Source of the DNA: a virus
Lineage: Duplodnaviria > Caudoviricetes
Length of the DNA stretch: 26,318 nucleotides
IMG/VR virus record: IMGVR_UViG_3300017914_001091
Span: 1-26,318 of that record
Strand: one strand, 5' to 3'
Shown one piece after another: positions 1 through 7,577 of this stretch. A program made the translations under genes and the position numbers. Under the pieces are notes generated by a model. That model did no database searches, was not told the origin of the DNA, and saw nothing but the letters and a program-made list of their open reading frames with translations. Each line of letters opens with the position of its first letter. Positions within the stretch are counted from its first letter, which is position 1.

Positions 1-2886
1 ACAGACCTTTCTAACCAAAGTCAAGAATTTGTATACGGCACTAAAAACTCCAGCAGTAACGCTCAAACAAAGTTACGTTGGACGTTTAGCAACTTCAATA
101 CCACTTCAATGCGTATCGTATCGTTGTTTGCTTACAACTACAATGCTGTTGGTATGCCATCCCTTTATCTTACCAAGGATGGCGGTGAGATGATTGGCGA
201 CATTGATATGGGCACAAATATCATTAGCGATACTAAAGTAGGTCAGTGGGACACTGCGTATGGCTGGGGTGACCACTCTACGCAAGGATACTCAACAGCT
301 ACTGGTGTAGAAGACAATGCTGATGTTACAGACACAGCCAACGTAGTAGCTGCTCTTACGGCTGGTACGAATATTACTATCGCTGCTAACGGTACTATTA
401 GTGCAACAGATACAGATACTGTATATACACACCCTACATTCAATGGTGATGACTTTAGTATTGACACTGGTGCTTTAACTGGCGCTACGGTAATCTCTGA
501 CCTTGACATCAACATTACTACAAACAGTGAGGGACACGTTACTGATGCTAATGCTTCTGTTTCGACAAGAGACCTTACTGCTTCGGATATTGGTGCTGCC
601 ACTTCTGCACAAGGTGCAAATGCTGATACTGCTCACGGTTGGGGTAATCACGCATCAGCGGGTTATCTAACATCGTTTGATATCACTACACAAACAGATA
701 GTAAATACTTACGTAGTAATGCCAATGACACTCTATCGTCCACATTAAAGGTGACTGGTAGTGTAGTATATGAAAACAATACTTCATCTGGATATATACC
801 TTTCCCTAAAGGGGCGATGTATCAAACAACTACGAGTGGTGTAACGGGTGCTATTAAAATAAAACTGCCTACCCACGGTACGGCAGATATGATGACGTTT
901 GTAGTTGAGATATATGATTATCAGACAAATGAATCGGCTACTATTTTTATAGCTGGTTATTTGTATCAATCTACTAACAATAACGAATGGAATAATTGTA
1001 CGGTAAGAGTACTCGCTAATCAAACGGGTAAAGACTATACAGTTAGATTTGGTGCAGATGGCTCACATAACTGTGTTTGGATTGGAGAAACAAATAGCAC
1101 TTGGAGCTATCCACAAGTAATGGTTAGGGATTTCTTCGCAGCATATACAGCTGATATTGACGCTTATGATGATAACTGGGATATTACATTTGTTACGTCA
1201 TTTGACACTGTTGACGAAACACGTTCCGATAACCTACCCGCAGCTGATTGGGATAGAATAGAAGGTAAACCTTCTATCCCAGCATCTGGAACAGACTTCG
1301 ACCCAGTAGGAACAGACAATTCTACAGATGTAACATTAGCTGGTTCTTATGACTATCTGACTTTAAGCGGTCAAGAGATTACACTTGGACAAATTGACTA
1401 CAGTACAGACATCACAAATAAACCTACCCTTGGTACAGCTGCCTCTTCAGCCTCTACTGATTTCGTGTCTGTAACTGGGGATACGATGTCTGGACAGCTT
1501 ATTGTTCAAAAATCTGGGAACTTCACTGCTGCAAAGTTCAAGGGAACAAGTGCAGATGGATACGCTACCATATCCATTGAAAACGATTTAGGGACTTCTC
1601 TGTACCTTGGTTCTATGGGTTCTACAAACACTGGAACTTTTTTTGATAATGCCAGATACATAGGAGCTGGTTCTGGGGAACTTGTTTTTAAAACAAACTC
1701 TTCTACCGATGGTCATATTAAGTTCCTTTCTGGCGGTCAGAATGAACGAATGCGTATTGATAAAGGAGGTAACATTGGTATTGGCACAACAAACCCTCAA
1801 GCTAAATTACACGTTGACGGTACAGTTCGTTTTGAAGACCTTACAAGTGGTATCCTCAAGGTAGATGCTGATGGTGACCTAAGTGTAGATACATCTACAT
1901 ATCTAACTTCTGTTGCTTTCTCAGACTTAACATCAACACCAACCACCATTAGTGGATATGGTATTACAGACGCTTTTGATGGGGATTACAGTTCTTTGAC
2001 TGGAACACCAAGTATACCTGTAAGTGGTACAGACTTCGACCCTGTGGGTACTGATAATAGTACGGATGTAACATTAGACACAACTTCTTATGATTATCTA
2101 TCTATTACAGGGCAAGAAATTACATTAGGACAGATTGAGTATACGACAGATATAGCTAACACTCCTTCTATCCCTGTAAGCGGTACTGATTTCGACCCAG
2201 TTGGAACAGACAACTCTACAAATGTTACTCTTAATACTACGAGTTACGATTACTTATCTATAAGTGGTCAAGAGATTACGTTAGGGCAGATAGACTACAA
2301 TGCTGACATCACTAACCTTCCAACTATACCAAGCGGTAATGCTATTATTGACTGGACGGTAAGTCAGACAGAGAATATACACGCAGACAACTACACCAAC
2401 ACTACATACTCTGTTGGTGATGGAGGTTTGACACAGAAAAACTTTACTACTACTCTCAAAACAAAGCTTGATGGTATAGCGACAGATGCAGATAATTATC
2501 GTGATTGGAAGTTTGTGGACGGCAATGATGTATCTACAAATATTGGCAGTGCTAAGTATGTTAAAATTCAAGGTTCTACAATAAGCGGTAGCGGTACACA
2601 AGCAGACCCTTACGAAATTATAACGCCAGACACTAACACTAACACAACATACTCAGCAGGTAGCGGTCTTGATTTAACGGGTACAACATTTAGCATTGAG
2701 TCAGATTTAAGAGATGGTATTACCAAAGTAGGTAAAGACTCAAGCAACTATATTGCTATTGACGCTGACAACAATAACTGTATTGACTTCTACATCTCTG
2801 GTACTTGGGTTGCTCGTATGGAAGCAGATGGAGACTTACATATGAAAGGTGATGTTATTGCGTTCTCTGATATCTTTAATCCTTAA
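1..2886 (+). CDS. Tail fibre protein (5' truncated; frame is open from base 1, so the ATG at 109 is internal)
   Basis: Frame 1 has no stop from base 1 (TDLSNQSQEFVYG...). The protein is Thr/Ser/Asp/Gly-rich with typical fibre motifs: DTAxGWGxH twice, ERMRIDKGGNIGIGTTNPQAKLHVDG, PTTISGYGITD, KTKLDGIA, YSAGSGLDLTGTTFS and C-terminal GDLHMKGDVIAFSD. Confidence 0.85.
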   Translation, partial: TDLSNQSQEFVYGTKNSSSNAQTKLRWTFSNFNTTSMRIVSLFAYNYNAVGMPSLYLTKDGGEMIGDIDMGTNIISDTKVGQWDTAYGWGDHSTQGYSTATGVEDNADVTDTANVVAALTAGTNITIAANGTISATDTDTVYTHPTFNGDDFSIDTGALTGATVISDLDINITTNSEGHVTDANASVSTRDLTASDIGAATSAQGANADTAHGWGNHASAGYLTSFDITTQTDSKYLRSNANDTLSSTLKVTGSVVYENNTSSGYIPFPKGAMYQTTTSGVTGAIKIKLPTHGTADMMTFVVEIYDYQTNESATIFIAGYLYQSTNNNEWNNCTVRVLANQTGKDYTVRFGADGSHNCVWIGETNSTWSYPQVMVRDFFAAYTADIDAYDDNWDITFVTSFDTVDETRSDNLPAADWDRIEGKPSIPASGTDFDPVGTDNSTDVTLAGSYDYLTLSGQEITLGQIDYSTDITNKPTLGTAASSASTDFVSVTGDTMSGQLIVQKSGNFTAAKFKGTSADGYATISIENDLGTSLYLGSMGSTNTGTFFDNARYIGAGSGELVFKTNSSTDGHIKFLSGGQNERMRIDKGGNIGIGTTNPQAKLHVDGTVRFEDLTSGILKVDADGDLSVDTSTYLTSVAFSDLTSTPTTISGYGITDAFDGDYSSLTGTPSIPVSGTDFDPVGTDNSTDVTLDTTSYDYLSITGQEITLGQIEYTTDIANTPSIPVSGTDFDPVGTDNSTNVTLNTTSYDYLSISGQEITLGQIDYNADITNLPTIPSGNAIIDWTVSQTENIHADNYTNTTYSVGDGGLTQKNFTTTLKTKLDGIATDADNYRDWKFVDGNDVSTNIGSAKYVKIQGSTISGSGTQADPYEIITPDTNTNTTYSAGSGLDLTGTTFSIESDLRDGITKVGKDSSNYIAIDADNNNCIDFYISGTWVARMEADGDLHMKGDVIAFSDIFNP
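247..666 (+). repeat. Two copies of a 15-aa fibre motif (WDTAYGWGDHSTQGY at 247-291; ADTAHGWGNHASAGY at 622-666)
   Basis: Seen in the translation. Confidence 0.7.
1270..2322 (+). repeat. Three copies of a ~52-aa (~156 nt) intragenic repeat PSIPxSGTDFDPVGTDNSTxVTL...SYDYLxxxGQEITLGQIxYxxDIxNxP (starting at ~1270, 2008, 2164)
   Basis: Near-identical peptide copies. Copies 2 and 3 are tandem with a 156-nt period; copy 1 lies about 740 nt upstream. DNA differences are mostly at third codon positions. Confidence 0.9.
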
Positions 2887-2888
2887 TT

Positions 2889-3860
2889 ATGGCTTTACAG
2901 AGTAGCGGACAAATAAAAATGTCTGAAATAAACACTGAGCTTTCAAGAACATCAAATGTAGAGATAAGCTTAAGTGACGCTTCAGATGGAACACTTGCAA
3001 CACTAAACACTAATAACGCAGCGGCAGACCGTCCAGACGGTACTGCACCTCACGCTATAAGCGAATGGTACAGTTATAATCACACAGCATTACCACCCGC
3101 TCAACCAAGCACTAAGTTTTGGAAGTATAATGGAGCAAATGACAGACTTGTTTGGCGTGATAGTTCACCGAGCATTAGCGGAACATCACAAGATATGTCT
3201 TTCAGCTTTTGGTTTAGAATAGACCGTACATCTAAAGACAATTTGTTATTTTTTGATTTGTACCCTCAAGGAACAAGTTCAAACGCTAACAGATTCTTCT
3301 TGAACTATTCTGCCAATCTCAATAGATTTGTAGCTCGTTATCGTTCAAGTTCAAGCAACTTTGATAGACAATGGGGTCTTCACGACACGGGAAATGTCGC
3401 TGCAACTGGGGTCTCAAACTCCAGTACTGGACTCAGTACTTCTCAAAGAGGAAACGTCAATTCCGATAACTTTGCACACATTGTTGTTACATACGATGCT
3501 TCACAAACAACTGGAGCTGCTGCTTTTAAGTGTTATTGGAATGGAACAGAACTAACAAAAACCGCAACATCTAATAACGGCTCAAGAAGTGCTTTTAATT
3601 TTACAGAGATAACTTGGGGTAATGATTACAACTCTGGTACTGGAGATGCCTCTGGTTACGATGAGATGCGTATATACAGCAAAGTTCTCTCTTCAAGCGA
3701 AATAACCTCTATATACAATAGTGGCAGCCCAGAATTCAGTTCTTCAGATGGCGTTACAAGTAGTTTAATATTTGAAGATAGAGCTGAGGTTTCTACACCA
3801 GTAGATAGTCAAGGAGAGTGGACGAGATACATTAGTAGTGGTACATTAACAACCCTGTAA
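2889..3860 (+). CDS. Tail-fibre-associated adhesin / receptor-binding protein with C-terminal LamG (concanavalin A-like) domain
   Basis: N-terminus MALQSSGQIKMSEINTEL is the type of short attachment module commonly found directly after tail fibre genes. The C-terminal part has LamG-like motifs FSFWFR, FAHIVVTYD, CYWNGTEL and DEMRIYSKVLSSSEITSIYNSG. Confidence 0.75.
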   Translation: MALQSSGQIKMSEINTELSRTSNVEISLSDASDGTLATLNTNNAAADRPDGTAPHAISEWYSYNHTALPPAQPSTKFWKYNGANDRLVWRDSSPSISGTSQDMSFSFWFRIDRTSKDNLLFFDLYPQGTSSNANRFFLNYSANLNRFVARYRSSSSNFDRQWGLHDTGNVAATGVSNSSTGLSTSQRGNVNSDNFAHIVVTYDASQTTGAAAFKCYWNGTELTKTATSNNGSRSAFNFTEITWGNDYNSGTGDASGYDEMRIYSKVLSSSEITSIYNSGSPEFSSSDGVTSSLIFEDRAEVSTPVDSQGEWTRYISSGTLTTL

Positions 3861-3861
3861 T

Positions 3862-3990
3862 ATGAGCGATTGGACTAAAGAACCTTACAACGAAGATGCT
3901 ACTTTATACGATGTCTGGTACAAAAACGCATTGGTAGCGTTTACTGGGACTGAACAAGAAGCAGATGAGTTTATTGCATCAAAGCAATAG
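3862..3990 (+). CDS. Small acidic hypothetical protein, 42 aa (MSDWTKEPYNEDATLYDVWYKNALVAFTGTEQEADEFIASKQ), not in the ORF track
   Basis: ATG 1 nt after the previous TAA. It fills the gap exactly up to the promoter region and has protein-like composition. Confidence 0.7.
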   Translation: MSDWTKEPYNEDATLYDVWYKNALVAFTGTEQEADEFIASKQ

Positions 3991-4003
3991 TTTATTATAT
4001 TTG
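3974..4003 (+). promoter_or_regulatory. Bacteroidota sigma70-type promoter (TTG-N19-TATATTTG)
   Basis: TTG at 3974-3976, 19-nt spacer, TATATTTG at 3996-4003. Matches the established -33 TTG / -7 TAnnTTTG consensus and lies 30 nt upstream of the ATG at 4034. Confidence 0.75.
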
Positions 4004-4033
4004 TAGTGTTATAACAATTTAATATATTTTATT

Positions 4034-4270
4034 ATGGCTAAAAAGCTAACCAAAAAAGAACTGGAAGTAACCAAAACGCTCTACCAAAAATACTCAGCTA
4101 TTGACCGTAGAGTTCACGAACTAAACAAGGCCGCCAACAGAGCTTTTCTTGAATACGTTGAAGTAGAGTCTGCCCTTAACAAACAAAGAGCAAAACTGGA
4201 AGAAAAGTACGGTGCGGTTAATATTGACCTTGAAACAGGAGAGCTGCAAGAGCAAGCTGTTCAAGAATAA
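4034..4270 (+). CDS. Hypothetical coiled-coil protein, 78 aa
   Basis: ORF bracketed by a promoter and a terminator. Charged helical sequence ending LEEKYGAVNIDLETGE. Confidence 0.8.
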   Translation: MAKKLTKKELEVTKTLYQKYSAIDRRVHELNKAANRAFLEYVEVESALNKQRAKLEEKYGAVNIDLETGELQEQAVQE

Positions 4271-4272
4271 AA

Positions 4273-4296
4273 AGAGGCTGCTTTGCAGCCTTTTTT
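4273..4296 (+). terminator. Rho-independent terminator
   Basis: AGGCTGC-TTT-GCAGCCT stem-loop followed by a T6 tract, directly after the stop at 4270. Confidence 0.75.
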
Positions 4297-4300
4297 CGTT

Positions 4301-4522
4301 ATGATTATACGCAAGATATCCATAGGCTCTGATTATAAAACGAGCATGCATTACATTACAGGTCAAGATGTTCTGAGTGGAACATCAAAGATTCACTTGA
4401 TAGAATATGACCTAAAATCACGCACGTACAAAATCTACATAGAGAAGGGACAGGAAATTTACCTGTGGAAAGAGTTTAGTCCAACAATACCTGTTAGCGT
4501 AGAATACAACATAAACTTCTGA
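4301..4522 (+). CDS. Hypothetical protein, 73 aa (MIIRKISIGSDYK...)
   Basis: ATG at 4301 is preferred over the TTG at 4283, which lies inside the terminator hairpin. The stop overlaps the next start (TGATG). Confidence 0.8.
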   Translation: MIIRKISIGSDYKTSMHYITGQDVLSGTSKIHLIEYDLKSRTYKIYIEKGQEIYLWKEFSPTIPVSVEYNINF

Positions 4523-5079
4523 TGAAAGCTCCGTTTTTTTTCCTCATTAAACCTATAGGTGACGAATACACAAACGAGATAGAGATAGCGGGACAAAAGG
4601 TAATCGTCAATAGTACTGTAGAAAATCACAAACACGTAAATCGTTTTGCTGAGGTTATACAAACGCCAATACACTATGAGGGCGATATAGTATCAGGTGA
4701 TACTATCATCGTGCATCACAACGTGTTTCGCATATACTACGATGTAAAAGGTAGGGCAAAAAAGTCGCCAAACTACTTTCAAGACAACATATACTTTGTA
4801 GACCCGTATCAGTTTTATATGTACCATAATGGTACACAATGGAATAGTGTTGGTGACTGGTGCTTTGTCAAACCTGTTGATAAAGAAAATATGTATCTTT
4901 ATGAAGAGGGTTTGGAAGAGAACACGGGTATCATGAAATACAGCAATCCAAAACTTGAACGGATGGGTGTTACAAATGGCGATAAGGTGAAGTTTTCCAA
5001 GGACAGCGAATATGAGTTTTCTGTTGACAATGAAGTGCTCTACCGAATGAATACTAAAGATGTAGTCGCTATATTATGA
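4522..5079 (+). CDS. groES: GroES-like co-chaperonin (about twice canonical length, probably tandem GroES-like domains)
   Basis: Two GroES-like beta-strand patterns: FLIKP...AEVIQTP...IVSGDTIIVHH and GDWCFVKP...GIMKY...GVTNGDKVKFSKDSEYEFSVDNEVLYRMNTKDVVAIL. The latter resembles the GroES C-terminus (VKVGDKVLF...E...DGEEYLILRESDILA). Confidence 0.65.
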   Translation: MKAPFFFLIKPIGDEYTNEIEIAGQKVIVNSTVENHKHVNRFAEVIQTPIHYEGDIVSGDTIIVHHNVFRIYYDVKGRAKKSPNYFQDNIYFVDPYQFYMYHNGTQWNSVGDWCFVKPVDKENMYLYEEGLEENTGIMKYSNPKLERMGVTNGDKVKFSKDSEYEFSVDNEVLYRMNTKDVVAIL

Positions 5080-5351
5080 CACATAAGGAGTTTAAAGAAC
5101 GAATCATAAAGGCTGGACACAAAGCTGTAGCAGAGCTTATCAAGGTTGCAGAGGAAGATATTATCAAGCCCGACCCTGAAGACGAGCTTGCTGCGGACAG
5201 GCTAAAAAACGCGGCGGCTACTAAGAAGCTGGCGATTTTTGACGCTTTCGAGATTTTGAATCGCGTGGAGAACGAGAAGAACCTTTTGGAAAACCCAGAG
5301 GAAGAAAGTAAAACGATGACAGGAGGATTTGCAGAACGACGCTCTAAATAA
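5076..5351 (+). CDS. Probable terminase small subunit (91-aa helical protein)
   Basis: Small helical ORF immediately upstream of and overlapping the terminase large subunit, ATGA-coupled to the previous gene. Function inferred from position only. Confidence 0.5.
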   Translation: MTHKEFKERIIKAGHKAVAELIKVAEEDIIKPDPEDELAADRLKNAAATKKLAIFDAFEILNRVENEKNLLENPEEESKTMTGGFAERRSK

Positions 5352-7575
5352 CCTGTATCGAAAGGTAAATAATTATATACCTCAGAAACGCCTTTTTACA
5401 AACAATAAAGCGCGTTCGTGGTCTTACGGCTACGATAAAGATAGTGATGTCATAGTAATATCTAAAGACGGAACGGTTGGAGATGTATACGAAATCAACG
5501 GGCTATACATAGCTTTACCAGCGGTTCCCAAAACGGTAACCAAGCGCTCAAAGAAAAAATCAGAGCAGTACTGGGAACAACACGATTATCCAAAAGCACT
5601 CAAAAGTATACCCACGATATTCTCATGGAATGAGATGCCCAAGGATTTTAAGGAGACTTGGATACCCTATATTGAAACAGAGTTTGAGCGTCGAGATGGT
5701 GGGTATTGGTTCTATAATAATGGTGAGCCTACATACATTACGGGTAGCCACTATATGTACCTACAATGGACAAAGATTGATGTAGGTAGTCCTGATTTTA
5801 GAGAAAGCAATCGTTTGTTTTTTATTTATTGGGAAGCCTGTAAAGCTGACCAAAGATGTTTTGGAATGTGCTACCTCAAAAACCGTCGTAGTGGATTCTC
5901 TTTTATGTCATCTGCTGAAACGGTAAATCAAGCTACTATCACAAGTGATGCAAGATTTGGTATTCTATCTAAGTCAGGTTCTGATGCTAAAAAGATGTTT
6001 ACCGATAAGGTTGTTCCTATATCAGTGAACTATCCTTTTTTCTTCAAGCCGATACAGGACGGTATGGATAGACCGAAGTCTGAGTTGGCGTATCGTGTTC
6101 CAGCAGCAAAACTTACCCGAAAGGGTATTGGAAAGCAAGACGCTCTTGCTGACCTACAGGGTCTTGATACAACCATTGACTGGAAAAACACAGGTGACAA
6201 CAGCTACGATGGTGAAAAACTACGATTACTTGTACACGATGAAAGTGGTAAATGGGAAAAGCCTGACAACATTCTAAACAACTGGCGTGTAACCAAGACT
6301 TGTTTGAGATTGGGTAGCAGGGTCATCGGTAAGTGTATGATGGGTTCTACATCAAATGCTTTGGATAAAGGTGGCGGTAACTTCAAAAAGCTGTTTTACG
6401 ACAGTAATCCCGCTGAAAGAAATGCAAACGGACAAACAAAGAGTGGATTGTATTCCCTTTTCATTCCAATGGAATGGAATATGGAAGGGTTTATAGACAG
6501 GCACGGTCATCCTGTTTTAGAAGACCCTAAAGAAGAGGTTGCGGGCATCGACGGTGATTTTATCTACCAAAGTGTAATTACATATTGGGACAATGAAGTG
6601 GACTCGTTGCGTCACGATGCGGATGCCTTAAACGAATACTACAGACAGTTTCCAAGAACAGAGAGCCACGCATTTCGTGATGAAAGCAAGAACACGATAT
6701 TTAACCTGACTAAAATCTACGAGCAGATTGATTATAACGACACCTTTGGTAACAGAGGTGCGGTCACTCGTGGTGATTTAGTATGGCGAAACGGAATACG
6801 AGGCGGTGAAGTTATATGGCATCCAAACAATAAAGGACGTTTCTTTACGAGCTGGATTCCTAATCCTGAGCAACAGAACAATGTTGTCCGAAAAGGGAAT
6901 TCATATTATCCTGGAAATCAACACCTTGGCTCATTCGGGTGTGATAGCTATGACATCTCAGGGGTAGTTAACGGAGGTGGTTCTAAGGGTGCGCTACATG
7001 GAATGACTAAATTCCATATGGAAGACGCTCCAACAAATCAATTCTTTTTAGAATACATTTCCCGTCCAGCTACAGCCGAAATGTTTTACGAAGACGTGCT
7101 TATGGCGATACACTTTTATGGTATGCCGGTACTTGTAGAAAACAACAAACCTCGCTTACTATATTATCTAAAAGAAAGAGGATACAGGCCGTTTAGCGTG
7201 ACACGTCCTGATAAAAGCAAAAGAAACTTGTCGAAGGCAGAAAAAGAGCTTGGAGGAATACCCTCAAGTCAAGCTGTGATTATGGCGCATGCTGAAGTTT
7301 TGGAAGCGTATATACAAACAAGCGTGGGCGCTATAGACGACTCAAACTATGGAGAGGTTGGGGAGATAGCTGAAATGCCTTTTAACAGGACTCTTTTAGA
7401 TTGGGCAAACTACGATATTAACAATCGCACAAGGTATGATGCAACTGTAAGCTCTGGCTTTGCATTGATGGCAAACCAAAGCAGGATAAAGGTTGACACA
7501 AAAAAAGATAGTAAAATATCTCTTAACTTTGCGAAATACAGTAACAAAGGTTTTGTTAGTGAAATTATTAAGTGA
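5329..7575 (+). CDS. terL: Terminase large subunit
   Basis: Walker A-like YLKNRRSGFS, Walker B LLVHDESGK, motif III-like MGSTSN, and RNase H-like nuclease acidic motifs FGCDSYD and RYDATVSSG. Directly upstream of the portal. Start codon uncertain (TTG 5329; no nearby ATG). Confidence 0.9.
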   Translation: MQNDALNNLYRKVNNYIPQKRLFTNNKARSWSYGYDKDSDVIVISKDGTVGDVYEINGLYIALPAVPKTVTKRSKKKSEQYWEQHDYPKALKSIPTIFSWNEMPKDFKETWIPYIETEFERRDGGYWFYNNGEPTYITGSHYMYLQWTKIDVGSPDFRESNRLFFIYWEACKADQRCFGMCYLKNRRSGFSFMSSAETVNQATITSDARFGILSKSGSDAKKMFTDKVVPISVNYPFFFKPIQDGMDRPKSELAYRVPAAKLTRKGIGKQDALADLQGLDTTIDWKNTGDNSYDGEKLRLLVHDESGKWEKPDNILNNWRVTKTCLRLGSRVIGKCMMGSTSNALDKGGGNFKKLFYDSNPAERNANGQTKSGLYSLFIPMEWNMEGFIDRHGHPVLEDPKEEVAGIDGDFIYQSVITYWDNEVDSLRHDADALNEYYRQFPRTESHAFRDESKNTIFNLTKIYEQIDYNDTFGNRGAVTRGDLVWRNGIRGGEVIWHPNNKGRFFTSWIPNPEQQNNVVRKGNSYYPGNQHLGSFGCDSYDISGVVNGGGSKGALHGMTKFHMEDAPTNQFFLEYISRPATAEMFYEDVLMAIHFYGMPVLVENNKPRLLYYLKERGYRPFSVTRPDKSKRNLSKAEKELGGIPSSQAVIMAHAEVLEAYIQTSVGAIDDSNYGEVGEIAEMPFNRTLLDWANYDINNRTRYDATVSSGFALMANQSRIKVDTKKDSKISLNFAKYSNKGFVSEIIK
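7524..7531 (+). promoter_or_regulatory. Possible internal -7 promoter box (TAACTTTG) for the portal, inside the terL 3' end
   Basis: Matches TAnnTTTG about 45 nt upstream of the portal start, in an AT-rich context. No correctly spaced -33 TTG. Confidence 0.4.
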
Positions 7576-7577
7576 GT

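Noticed and set aside
1270-2322. Diversity-generating retroelement TR/VR pair or CRISPR-like array
   Set aside because: The repeats are in-frame coding repeats differing mostly at synonymous positions, not adenine-specific. There is no spacer structure, reverse transcriptase or cas gene in the window.
3467-3474. TAACTTTG box inside the adhesin gene
   Set aside because: Mid-gene and far from any start codon; such 6-of-8 matches are expected by chance in AT-rich DNA.
4534-4542. T8 run (T_TTT_TTC) at the start of the GroES-like gene as a slippery or phase-variable site
   Set aside because: It encodes Phe-Phe-Phe at codons 5-7, and a shift this early has no evident useful product or stimulator.
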